Below, piece by piece: positions 27,227 to 36,312 of a stretch of 64,000 nt of DNA. The stretch covers positions 172,459 to 236,458 of the forward strand of contig CAVTTR010000005.1 in assembly GCA_963737745.1 (NCBI GenBank), in the 5' to 3' direction. Every line of letters begins with the position of its first letter. Position 1 is the stretch's first letter. The stretch comes from an uncultured Acidimicrobiaceae bacterium (GTDB lineage Bacteria; Actinomycetota; Acidimicrobiia; Acidimicrobiales; RAAP-2). The translations under genes were made by a program, and so were the position numbers. Below the pieces are notes generated by a model that saw only the letters and a list, made by a program, of their open reading frames with translations, had not been told where the DNA came from and ran no database searches.

Positions 27227-28224
27227 TCGTCGTCGGTGAAAAGACGCTTGAGGCGGTCGAACGACTCGAGGCATTGTCCCGCACCCTGTACGACACACTC
27301 AAGGGGGGCGTCCACCAGGTGCACGGGAACAGCCGTGGCGTCGGCCAGTCGTTGGATCACCCCGCGGAGCAAGGCGCCACCGCCGGTGAGGTGGACGCCT
27401 TGGAACATGATGTCCTGCGCCAATTCGGGTGCCGCCTCGCCCAGGCAGGTGGCGGCGGCATCGATCACCTGGGTCACGTTCTCCTCCAGGGCCGACCGCA
27501 CCTCCGCGGGTGACAACACGACGATTTTGGGGCGGCCCGTCGCCACCTCGCGGCCGCGGATCTCAGCTCCCTGCTCACCCGGGTACGCAAAGGCAGAACC
27601 GATGGCGTGCTTTATCGCCTCGGCCGTGCGCTCGCCGATCGCCACCCCGTGCGCGTGACGGACGTAGGCCTGAATGGAGGCGTCGAAATCGAACCCGCCA
27701 CAGCGCAGCGCGCGCACGGCTACGACGCCGCCCAGAGATATGACGGCCATTTCGGATGTCCCGCCGCCAATGTCGACCACCATGTTGCCCACAGGCTCAT
27801 GAATGGCGAGGCCGGCCCCGATGGCCGCCGCCATGGGTTGTTCAATGAGAAAACAGGCCGACGCGCCCGCACGCCGCGTCGCCTCTTTCACGGCGCGTCG
27901 CTCGACCGCGGTGATGGCGGATGGGACACAGATCAACACCTTGGGTCGATTCAGCCGGCTCACGCCCACCCGGTGCAACAAGACGCTGAGCATCCGTTCG
28001 GTCACCTCGAAGTCGGTGATGGCCCCACCTCGTAGGGGTCGCTCCGCCACGATGTAGCCCGGCGTCCGCCCGATCATCTGCCAGGCGTCGGTCCCAATGG
28101 CGAGGACTTCGCGCGTGCGCGAATCGAGTGCCACCACGGTCGGCTCGTTGAGCACAAGGCCCTTGCCTTTGGCGTATACCAACGTGTTGGCCGTCCCGAG
28201 GTCAATGGCCAGGTCTCGTGACAT
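27223..28224 (-). CDS. mreB: Rod-shape determining actin homologue MreB
   Basis: DLAIDLGTANTLVY, VVDIGGGTSEMAVISLGG, HLTGGGALLRG. 333 aa. Confidence 0.95.
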   Translation of the reverse strand: MSRDLAIDLGTANTLVYAKGKGLVLNEPTVVALDSRTREVLAIGTDAWQMIGRTPGYIVAERPLRGGAITDFEVTERMLSVLLHRVGVSRLNRPKVLICVPSAITAVERRAVKEATRRAGASACFLIEQPMAAAIGAGLAIHEPVGNMVVDIGGGTSEMAVISLGGVVAVRALRCGGFDFDASIQAYVRHAHGVAIGERTAEAIKHAIGSAFAYPGEQGAEIRGREVATGRPKIVVLSPAEVRSALEENVTQVIDAAATCLGEAAPELAQDIMFQGVHLTGGGALLRGVIQRLADATAVPVHLVDAPLECVVQGAGQCLESFDRLKRLFTDDD

Positions 28225-28295
28225 CGTGGCCTCATGGTACGGCCGGCCAGCGACCCCGACTGCATTTCCGGCTCTTTCATCGGTAGCCTCGGTGT

Positions 28296-29486
28296 GTGAC
28301 CCCTACGCCTGAGGAGCCACGGGAAGAGGGACCGGACAAGGAAAATTCGGCCAAATCCCCCTTTGACGCCGAGCCCGATTTGCGCGGCTGGATCGACCCT
28401 GACGACCGGCTGTGGCGCCACCCGAGCGAGCTGGCGGCGCGCGCCACACGGGCCGTCGGCACGCGTCCGATCCTCTCTCGCCATCCCCGGGCCACCGTGT
28501 GTATCGGTGCGGCTGCGACCCTCGCCGCTGTGGCGTGGGCCATCGTGCTGCTGTCCCCTCCGTCCGATCACATCGGCCTCTCGACCTCCGCCGACAGCGC
28601 ATCCGACGTCTCGGTGACCACGTTGGCCGTCCGGGGCGCGCCGGTTCCCGCCTTGGCCCAGTCCGCCGGCCATTCGGTGGTGCAACTGAGGGCTGCCACA
28701 AACCACGGCGTCGTCTCTTTGGTCGGGGTGGCCGTGGCCGAAGGAGGCTTGGTGGCGACGACGGCCGACGGCCTGGCGGGGCTGCGCCGGATCTCCATGG
28801 TCAGCACGAACGGTCGCCTTCTCAAGGCCTCGGTAATCGGCGTCGACGACGCCTCGGACGTGGCTCTGATCAGCGTGCCCGACGACGTCCCGGTGGCTCC
28901 ATTCGCCGACGACGCAGCACTGTCGGAAGGAAACGCCGCCATGACGTTGAGCGTGGCATCTCGGGTCAATGGCTCCCTGACGCTGCACTGCCAGGACGGG
29001 ACGCTGACCGGGATCGACACGGAGATCCCCGCCGGATGGGCCAAAGGCATGCCCGCACTTACCTCGGCCGTGACCCCGGTAAACGAGCAGCCCGGCGACC
29101 CCTTGTTGAATCAGGAGGGCCAAGTGATTGGCCTCCTCTACACCGCCGGTTCATCCTCCGCCTACCTTCCGACCCGGCTCGTGCTGGGCGTGGCCGACGA
29201 CCTGCGCTCTACCGGTCGGGTCGTTCACGGCTGGTTGGGCGTCCAGGGCTCAACCGCTCCGGGGACCGTGGGGGCCCGTGTGGCCGCGCTCATGGCGGGG
29301 AGTCCCGCTACGGGCCTCCTCCAGCCGGGCGACGTGGTCGTGGCCGTGGATTCGACGCCCATCCGCTCCATGGCGGACCTGCGGGCCAGCCTGTATGTGA
29401 CGGCGCCGAAGTCGACCATCGGCCTCTCCGTTCTCGACGGCACGTCGACCCACGTCGTCGACGTGACCTTGGGCGCCTCGCCCTAG
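28296..29486 (+). CDS. HtrA-like trypsin-fold plus PDZ protein, catalytic His and Ser apparently absent
   Basis: TM anchor, then a trypsin-like fold. LVATTADGL stands where ..TNaHVV.. is expected, DVALISV retains the Asp, and NEQPGDPLLNQEGQVIGL stands where ..NpGNSGGPLvn..GevvGi.. is expected. A C-terminal PDZ-like region follows (LQPGDVVVAVDSTPI). Confidence 0.75.
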   Translation: MTPTPEEPREEGPDKENSAKSPFDAEPDLRGWIDPDDRLWRHPSELAARATRAVGTRPILSRHPRATVCIGAAATLAAVAWAIVLLSPPSDHIGLSTSADSASDVSVTTLAVRGAPVPALAQSAGHSVVQLRAATNHGVVSLVGVAVAEGGLVATTADGLAGLRRISMVSTNGRLLKASVIGVDDASDVALISVPDDVPVAPFADDAALSEGNAAMTLSVASRVNGSLTLHCQDGTLTGIDTEIPAGWAKGMPALTSAVTPVNEQPGDPLLNQEGQVIGLLYTAGSSSAYLPTRLVLGVADDLRSTGRVVHGWLGVQGSTAPGTVGARVAALMAGSPATGLLQPGDVVVAVDSTPIRSMADLRASLYVTAPKSTIGLSVLDGTSTHVVDVTLGASP

Positions 29487-29495
29487 CATGAAGGC

Positions 29496-30698
29496 GTGAG
29501 CATGTTCGGTGCGGGAGACCCCGACAACCCGATGGGCGGACTCCTCGGCGACCTCTTGAAGGTGATCGGATCCGCGCCGGGCGGTGGCAACACGTGGTTC
29601 GACGCAGCCCGGACCTTGGCCCACGGTGTGGCGACCGACGGTGAGAGCGACGACAACGCCGACCCCTTGGTGCGCATCGCCTTCGATGACCTGGCGCGGG
29701 TGGCCGAGCTGCACGTGGCCGACGCCACCGGCATCTCGCTGACCGGTGGCGGCACGACGATCTCCTTCGATGCGGTCGGTCCGGGCCAGTGGTCCTCCCG
29801 CGTACTCACGGCCTATCGACCCACGTTGGCGCTCATGGTGGAGGCGCAGCAGCAGGGGGCGGCCGCCGTTCCAACCTCGCTCGACCTGGGCCTGCCCGAC
29901 GACGCCACCGGCGGCATCGGCGGCCTCTTGAGCCAGTTCGCACTGACCCTCGGGCCTGTCCTCTTGGGCATGCAGTTCGGATCGGCCGCCGGTCACCTGG
30001 CCCGTCGGGCCTTCGGCCAGTACGCCCTCCCCCTGCCGTGGCCCGAGTCGAACACTCTGCTCGTGGTACCGGGGAACGTCGCCAAGTTCGCCGAGGACTG
30101 GAGCTTGCCCCTGCAGGAGGTGCAGCTCTGGGTCTGCCTCCGCGAGTTGACCATGCATGCCGTCATGACACGGCCGGGCGTCCGGTCATCGTTGAACCTG
30201 CTGTTGTCGGACGCCTCGGCTCACGCTGCGGCGTCGCAGCGCTCAATGGTGGAGCGTCTCGGCGACGGGCTGGGTGATCCCGCCGCCCTCGAGGGAGTGC
30301 TGAGCGATCCCGAGTCACTCCTGGCGGACCTCATCAGCCCGGAGCAGCAGCACATCTCGAACGCGCTGACCGCGTTGACCACCAGCATCGGGGCCTACGT
30401 CGACCACGTGACCGCCGGTATCGCTGCCACCTTGACCTCGTCCCCGGCCGCGCTCCGCGAGGCCTGGTACCGCTACCGCGTCGAGGACGCCAAGGGTGAA
30501 CAGGCCTTTGCCGGGTTGTTCGGGCTCAACGTGGGTCAGGCGGAAGTGGACCGGGGCGCCAGCTTCATTGACGGCGTGGTCGAACGAGCGGGGGAAGATG
30601 CGCTGAGCCGCCTCTGGTCCGACGAGCGAGACCTGCCGACACCGGCCGAAGTCGATGCACCCGGCCTGTGGCTGGCCCGCATCGGTTTGCTCGACTGA
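29496..30698 (+). CDS. Zincin-like metallopeptidase family protein (DUF2342, Rv3195-like) with a degenerate HExxH
   Basis: The size (400 aa) and the N-terminus ..GGLLGDLLKVIGS...WFDAARTLA fit the family. The position of the expected HExxH reads LRELTMHAV (30141-30158). Confidence 0.7.
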   Translation: MSMFGAGDPDNPMGGLLGDLLKVIGSAPGGGNTWFDAARTLAHGVATDGESDDNADPLVRIAFDDLARVAELHVADATGISLTGGGTTISFDAVGPGQWSSRVLTAYRPTLALMVEAQQQGAAAVPTSLDLGLPDDATGGIGGLLSQFALTLGPVLLGMQFGSAAGHLARRAFGQYALPLPWPESNTLLVVPGNVAKFAEDWSLPLQEVQLWVCLRELTMHAVMTRPGVRSSLNLLLSDASAHAAASQRSMVERLGDGLGDPAALEGVLSDPESLLADLISPEQQHISNALTALTTSIGAYVDHVTAGIAATLTSSPAALREAWYRYRVEDAKGEQAFAGLFGLNVGQAEVDRGASFIDGVVERAGEDALSRLWSDERDLPTPAEVDAPGLWLARIGLLD

Positions 30699-30713
30699 CT
30701 CGCTTTTCTTCGA

Positions 30714-31007
30714 CTATTCGACGACATCCTCGGGAATGCCGAGGTCCCACTCCAACCTGAGGTTCTCGCGCTCGGCATCTCGTACCACACGCTCACGGTT
30801 GCGGCGGAACTGCGGGTCGTGCGGAGGCAGAAGCACGAGCCGCGCCAGCACACGCTCCCGGAAGGCATCGATCACATCGGACGGACCGAAATCGGACTGG
30901 ACGTCCCAGTGGGGGGCGATCGGGCCGAGGTAGACCACGCGCACGTGCCCAATCGGGTCGATCGGTTCGGCGGTCTCGACTACTTCGTCCTCGTTATCCG
31001 GGGACAT
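30714..31007 (-). CDS. Hypothetical acidic protein (97 aa)
   Basis: ATG 31007 preceded by GGAGGT. The peptide is MSPDNEDEVVETAEPIDPIGHVRVVYLGPIAPHWDVQSDFGPSDVIDAFRERV... Confidence 0.5.
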   Translation of the reverse strand: MSPDNEDEVVETAEPIDPIGHVRVVYLGPIAPHWDVQSDFGPSDVIDAFRERVLARLVLLPPHDPQFRRNRERVVRDAERENLRLEWDLGIPEDVVE

Positions 31008-31177
31008 GGCACCTCCTGGCCTTACGTCATTGGGCGAACGGCCGTCAGCGTACCGGAGCCTCGGGGCGGCGGTTTCCCCCAGCCCCGGAGCGCAGATTCT
31101 TACGAAGTTCCTATGGACCAGATGTTCTCCTAGCAGCCCTTTTTCTCTACAATGAGGCGAGAAAGAGGAGTGGCAAA

Positions 31178-31423
31178 GTGAATACTGAATGGATGGCCCG
31201 GGGGAAATGCCAAGAGGTCGCACCGGACATCTTCTTCCCCAGTGACGGGATGGGAGTGCTGGTAGCGCAGAAGATCTGCAGTGAATGCCCCGTCTCCGCG
31301 GCCTGCCTCGAGTATGCCCTCGAGAACCACATCGACCACGGCGTGTGGGGTGGTTGCTCCGAGCGTGAGCGCCGCCGCATCTTGCGCCGGCGCCGGGTGT
31401 CCCAGTCCGTTTCGATCGGCTAG
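31178..31423 (+). CDS. WhiB-family Fe-S transcription factor
   Basis: GKC..x22..CSECPVSAAC four-Cys pattern followed by GVWGGCSERERRRI. RBS AGAGGAG. A TACAAT -10-like box lies about 35 nt upstream. Confidence 0.9.
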   Translation: MNTEWMARGKCQEVAPDIFFPSDGMGVLVAQKICSECPVSAACLEYALENHIDHGVWGGCSERERRRILRRRRVSQSVSIG

Positions 31424-31474
31424 GTCAGCCACCAAGTCATTCCCCCCGGCGGCGAGCCGGGCAGACTGGCCGCC

Positions 31475-32312
31475 ATGATCTTCGAGTGCGTGGTCAACGT
31501 AAGCGAGGGCCGCGACCCGGTTGTGCTGGGAGAACTGGCTGCTTCGGCCGCCGCAGCCCTGCTCGATGTGCACTCGGACCCCGACCACCATCGGTCGGTT
31601 TTCACCCTCGGTGGCCCTATCGATGACGTGATGTCGGCCGCACGGGATCTGGCCGAGGTGAGCGTCAAGTATCTCGATCTGCGCGCGCATCAAGGGGTGC
31701 ACCCGCGCCTGGGCGTGCTCGATGTGGTTCCGTTCGTCCCCTTCGCTCCCGACCAACTCCCGAGTCACGATCTGAGCGTCGCCATGGCCCTCCGCGACGA
31801 TTTCGCCCGCTGGCTCAGCGCGACCTTTGGGGTGCCCAGCTTCTTGTACGGACCTCGTTTGGGCGAACAGGATCGCACATTGCCCCAGGTCAGACGGCAC
31901 ACGTTCACAGAAATCCCGCCCGGATTTCGGACCTGGCCGTCCCCACCGCACCGCGGGGGCCACGGCAGTCGGGGCCAGGACCGTCCTCGTGGCCTACAAC
32001 CTCTGGGTCTCCTCGGAAGCGGTGGCCCGGCGGGTGGCAACGCTCGTGCGCGGCCCGTCGGTCCGTGCTCTCGGGTTGGCAGTGGGAGACCGAGCCCAGG
32101 TCTCGTGCAATCTGGTCGATCCGGCCCGACTCGGGCCGGTGCAGATCTACGATCTCGTCCGTGACCTGGTGGAAAAGGAAGGCGGCCGAGTCATCGCAGC
32201 CGAACTGGTCGGCCTCATCCCCCGGCAGATCCTCGACCAGATTCCGGCTACTCGCTGGAGCGAGCTCGGCTTGTCTGCAGAAGCGACAGTAGAGAGCCGC
32301 TTGCGCGGCTAA
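31475..32312 (+). pseudogene. Glutamate formimidoyltransferase (FTCD N-domain), one frame change near 31910-31920
   Basis: MIFECVVNVSEGRD...HSDPDHHRSVFTLGG...HPRLGVLDVVPFVP...VRRHTFTE (ORF 31475) continues as RPDFGPGRPHRTAGATAVGARTVLVAYNLWV... (ORF 31827..32312). Confidence 0.75.
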
Positions 32313-32635
32313 GACGCGGTGTTGGCTCCGGCGCTCGCGCTGTCGCGGCGCTGCAGGGCCCGAGCCCGCCGCACCCGACGACGTTCCCGTTCGCTCATGC
32401 CACCCCAGATGCCGAACTTCTCGCCATTGGCCAGCGCATACTCAAGGCAGTCCTCGCGGACGACGCAGCCTCGGCACACTTCCTTCGCTTCGCGCGTTGA
32501 CGCTCCCCGCTCGGGGAAGAACAGATCCGGATCGACTCCCATGCAGTTCGCTTGAATCTGCCAGCTGCGTTCCTGGCGACCATAGAGCGTGGTCACTATG
32601 TCCACGAGTTCGCCTCCCTCGCCACTTGGTGGCAT
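32309..32635 (-). CDS. WhiB-family Fe-S transcription factor
   Basis: WQIQANCMGVDPDLFFPERG...AKEVCRGCVVREDCLEYAL..GIWGGMSERERRRV. Start at ATG 32635 is tentative. Confidence 0.85.
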   Translation of the reverse strand: MPPSGEGGELVDIVTTLYGRQERSWQIQANCMGVDPDLFFPERGASTREAKEVCRGCVVREDCLEYALANGEKFGIWGGMSERERRRVRRARALQRRDSASAGANTAS

Positions 32636-32786
32636 TCGTGTAGTTACAACGATGTCATCTTTCACCACACTGTCACGGAACGCAAGAGGAAATAGGAAGG
32701 TTTGTGCCTGGACGGGGGGCATCGGGCGTTGCGATACGTGTGGGCCGGGCGAGCGAGGGCGGCCCGCGGCCCCCAATCAGCCGGGC

Positions 32787-34793
32787 TCAGCCGGCGGGGC
32801 GGAGGACGCGGCGATGCTTGAGGAAGTCGACGAGGACATAGCCGCCCAGGTTGTCCGTCGTGGTGTAGAACGTCCGCCCGCCATTGACGCGGGCAATCTG
32901 CTCCACGAAGGGGTAATGCGTCCGCTGCAGATCGAGGGCGAAGCAGTTGATCACGATGTTGCTGCGGGTGCAGCGGATGACCTCGGCCATGGTGCGCTGC
33001 AGGGTCTCGGGGATCGGCGGGTAGTTGAAGAGGACCTCGCCGTAGTCGTCGATGTGCGCCGTTGGCTCTCCGTCTGTCACCACGATGATCTGTTTGGTCC
33101 CGTGCTCGTGGGCCAACATGCGCCGGGCCAGGGCCAGGCCGTGTTGGAGGTTGGTGCCGTAGACGTAGTCCCACATGGCGGTCGGCAGCTCATCGGGACG
33201 GATCTCGCGGGCTACTTCGGAAAAGCCAACGATGCCGAGGTAGTCACGGGGAAATTTGCTCGAGATGAGGGTCTGCAGGGCCATGGCCATCTTCTTGGCC
33301 GGCACGAAGTTGTCCCGCATGGGCATCGACATGGACAGGTCGACCAGCAAAACCGTGGCCGACCGGGCCAGGGCTTCGGTCTCGACCACCTCGAAGTCCT
33401 CGGGAAGAAGGCGCACCGGGATACCCGAACCGCCCCGGCGCACTGCGTTGTGGACCGTGGTGGACAGGTGGAGGTTCAAGGGGTCGCCGTACTCGTAGGC
33501 CTTGGTGATCTCTTCGCGGTCGTTGCCCGACCCGGTGGCCGTGGTGCTGTGGTCGCCGATGCGGTCCTTGTTGATCTGCCCGAACAGATCGCTCAGGGCT
33601 TTCTGTCCCAACCGCCGCGCCCCACGCGGAGTCAGCTCGGTCCGGCCGCCGTGCTGCTCGATCAACCCGGCGTCAGCCAGGGACTTGGTCAGCTTGGCCA
33701 AACGGTCCAAGGCTCGGGCGGCGTCCTCACCCATGTGGTTTCTGACCTGATCGAGATCGATCTCGCTCAGGGCCGCCGGTGAGGAGGCCGACTGCAAGAG
33801 ATCCTCCATGCTGTCGAGCTGCCCCAGCTGGGTGGCCAGGTCGGTGGCGCGCGAGAGGCTCATAGGGCCATTGCCCTCGAAGTCATAGGAACGCTGCCAG
33901 CCCGCATCGGGCACGGCCCGCTGCAGGTTGCCGGCCAGGCGCTCCACCTGCCAGCGCAGATCCATGTCCTCGAGCACGGCCTCCATCAAGCTGCGGAGCT
34001 GCGCCTGTTGCTCGGGAGACAATGAGTTCCATACGGCCTGCGCCGCAGCCATGCGCTCGGCCAACTGCTCCAGCAGTTCATCGAGCGTGGCCGGATCCCC
34101 CGGGAACATGTCGCCGAACTGCTCCATGAACTGCTCGAAGCTGGGGTCGAGGTCGTCCCCGCGCTCGCGTTGCTCGAGCATCTGATTCAGGGCGTCGTAG
34201 GCGTCGCGCATGCGCGCCATCTGCTCAGGATCCATTGAGGACAGCGCGTCGGAAGCTCCCTGGAAAAAGGTGTCCGCCATTTCGCGTCGGAGCTCCTCGA
34301 CCAAGTCTTCGAACTGCTGGCGAGCCTCGGACGACACGAAGTCGTAGTTCTGCAACGACTGGATCCGCCCGCCAGGGTCACCCGGTTGCAGGTCGAGGGC
34401 CATGCGCCGCTCCGTGGCCACGTCATTTGTGACGTCGGCCCGGCGGTCGTCCCCGGACGAGGTGGCCTCTTCCACCAGCTCGTCGATGGCGGCCCGCTCC
34501 TCGGCCTCTATTTCGTCGAGTCGAGCCGCAATCTCCGCCATGTGCCCGTCGGGATCTCCTTCGGCCAAGAGCTCGGCCCGGCGGCGCCGCAGCTGCTCAA
34601 GAATGTCCCGCAGCCCGGGGATCTGCTCCCCGTTGGCCGTACGCATGCCCGAACGGAGCATCCGACGCAAGGCATCATCGAGATCGCCTCCGGCCAAGAG
34701 GTCGTCGGTGAGACCCGCCAACAGGTCGTCGACGTCGACTTCGGTGAACTCCTGGGTGCCGTCCCACCCCGAGTAGTCGTACCGGGCCGTCAC
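32787..34793 (-). CDS. von Willebrand factor A (vWA) domain protein with a long acidic helical N-region
   Basis: C-terminal vWA domain with MIDAS TVLLVDLSMSMPM. The N-terminal 400 aa are Asp/Glu/Leu-rich. 668 aa. Confidence 0.85.
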   Translation of the reverse strand: MTARYDYSGWDGTQEFTEVDVDDLLAGLTDDLLAGGDLDDALRRMLRSGMRTANGEQIPGLRDILEQLRRRRAELLAEGDPDGHMAEIAARLDEIEAEERAAIDELVEEATSSGDDRRADVTNDVATERRMALDLQPGDPGGRIQSLQNYDFVSSEARQQFEDLVEELRREMADTFFQGASDALSSMDPEQMARMRDAYDALNQMLEQRERGDDLDPSFEQFMEQFGDMFPGDPATLDELLEQLAERMAAAQAVWNSLSPEQQAQLRSLMEAVLEDMDLRWQVERLAGNLQRAVPDAGWQRSYDFEGNGPMSLSRATDLATQLGQLDSMEDLLQSASSPAALSEIDLDQVRNHMGEDAARALDRLAKLTKSLADAGLIEQHGGRTELTPRGARRLGQKALSDLFGQINKDRIGDHSTTATGSGNDREEITKAYEYGDPLNLHLSTTVHNAVRRGGSGIPVRLLPEDFEVVETEALARSATVLLVDLSMSMPMRDNFVPAKKMAMALQTLISSKFPRDYLGIVGFSEVAREIRPDELPTAMWDYVYGTNLQHGLALARRMLAHEHGTKQIIVVTDGEPTAHIDDYGEVLFNYPPIPETLQRTMAEVIRCTRSNIVINCFALDLQRTHYPFVEQIARVNGGRTFYTTTDNLGGYVLVDFLKHRRVLRPAG

Positions 34794-34799
34794 GGGACG

Positions 34800-36269
34800 C
34801 TACTTGCGACCTCTATAGAGAGCACGGGCGCCCGAGGCGTCCTTGTTCAGCCGTTTCGTCAGGTGAAGGCCTTCGAGGAGGAACTCGAGCGCGCTGGCCA
34901 TCAGGGCCGGCGACTCGGCTGCCTCGGGACCAGCCAGAGCACGCGTCGGGGGCTCGAGCTCAGGGATGTCGGCCAACACGGCCAGGTATGCGGCCGACGG
35001 AAGGTCGTCCCCGGCGTGCACCACGACCTGCTCGGTAAAGGCGGCGACGATGGAGCCGGGGTCGTTCAACGTGACCCGGCGCCGGAAGACCGACAATGTG
35101 GCCGCGGCCACGAGGTGCGCCACCACGTCCTGCTCGTGGCCCTCCTCCATGGCCTCGACCTCGACCTTGCCCTGCGTCGAGGGGACGAGCGAGGCCAGAT
35201 CACTGATACGCGGCACGGCCACCGGCTCACCGGTGCGCAGGGCCCGCCGGACCGAATTGGCCACCAGGGTCTCGTAGTTGGCGATGGAAAGGCGGACCGA
35301 GACGCCGCTGCGCTGATTGAGATGTGAGCTGCGACGGGCGAGTTGGCTGATCTCAGCCACCACTTCCTTCAGGAAGAGGGGAACCGTCACCGGAATCCCC
35401 GAGGTGGGCAGCTCGGCCTCGGACTCCATGATCTTGACCTCGGTCATGGTGTCGTAGGGGTAGTGCGTACGTATCTGGGCCCCGAAGCGGTCCTTGAGCG
35501 GCGTGATGATGCGGCCCCGGTTCGTGTAATCCTCCGGGTTGGCCGTGGCGACCAGGGTGATGTCGAGGGGCAGACGAATCCGGTGGCCGCGAATCTGCAC
35601 ATCACGTTCCTCAAGAACGTTGAGCAGGCCGACCTGGATCCGCTCGGAGAGGTCCGGAAGCTCGTTGATAGCGAAGATCCCCCGGTTCACCCGCGGGATC
35701 AAGCCGTAGTGCAAGGCCAACTCGTCGCTCAGGTAGCGGCCCTCGGCGATTTTGATGGGGTCGACCTCACCGATCAGGTCGGCAATGGAGGTGTCGGGAG
35801 TGGCCAGCTTCTCCCCATACCGCTGGGACCGGTGCACCCAGGCGATGGGCGTGTCGTCGCCCAGGTCCGCCACGGTGTTGATGGCGCCTCGGGACACCGG
35901 GCTGTACGGATCGTCGTTGATCTCCGAGCCCTCCACGATGGGGAGCCATTCGTCCAGCAACCCGACGAGAGCGCGGATGACGCGGGTCTTGGCCTGCCCG
36001 CGCTCTCCCAGCAGAATCACGTCGTGGCCGGCCAGGATGGCGTTTTCGAGCTGGGGAATCACGGTGTCGTCAAAGCCGAGGACTCCCGGCACCAATGTCT
36101 CGCCCGCCGCAATGCGGGCCATGGTGTTGCGTCGCAGCTCCTCGGCCACGGGCACCGACTTCCAGCCCGAGGCCCGCAGATCGCCGAGCGTCCGGGCTAG
36201 GTCGACAGGAGGTCGCAACGTCCCGGGCCCGGGGGTCGATGAGGGGTCAGTTTTGGTTGGGCCGTCCAT
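34800..36269 (-). CDS. AAA+ ATPase of the ChlI / Mg-chelatase-like (COG1239-type) family
   Basis: VILLGERGQAKTRVIRAL Walker A, GIFAINELPDL Walker B, VTLVATANPEDY. Its stop lies 7 nt upstream of the vWA gene start. Confidence 0.85.
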   Translation of the reverse strand: MDGPTKTDPSSTPGPGTLRPPVDLARTLGDLRASGWKSVPVAEELRRNTMARIAAGETLVPGVLGFDDTVIPQLENAILAGHDVILLGERGQAKTRVIRALVGLLDEWLPIVEGSEINDDPYSPVSRGAINTVADLGDDTPIAWVHRSQRYGEKLATPDTSIADLIGEVDPIKIAEGRYLSDELALHYGLIPRVNRGIFAINELPDLSERIQVGLLNVLEERDVQIRGHRIRLPLDITLVATANPEDYTNRGRIITPLKDRFGAQIRTHYPYDTMTEVKIMESEAELPTSGIPVTVPLFLKEVVAEISQLARRSSHLNQRSGVSVRLSIANYETLVANSVRRALRTGEPVAVPRISDLASLVPSTQGKVEVEAMEEGHEQDVVAHLVAAATLSVFRRRVTLNDPGSIVAAFTEQVVVHAGDDLPSAAYLAVLADIPELEPPTRALAGPEAAESPALMASALEFLLEGLHLTKRLNKDASGARALYRGRK

Positions 36270-36312
36270 ACGCGGAGTGTAGCGACTTCTCTGTGGCCTT
36301 CGGCAGTCGGCA

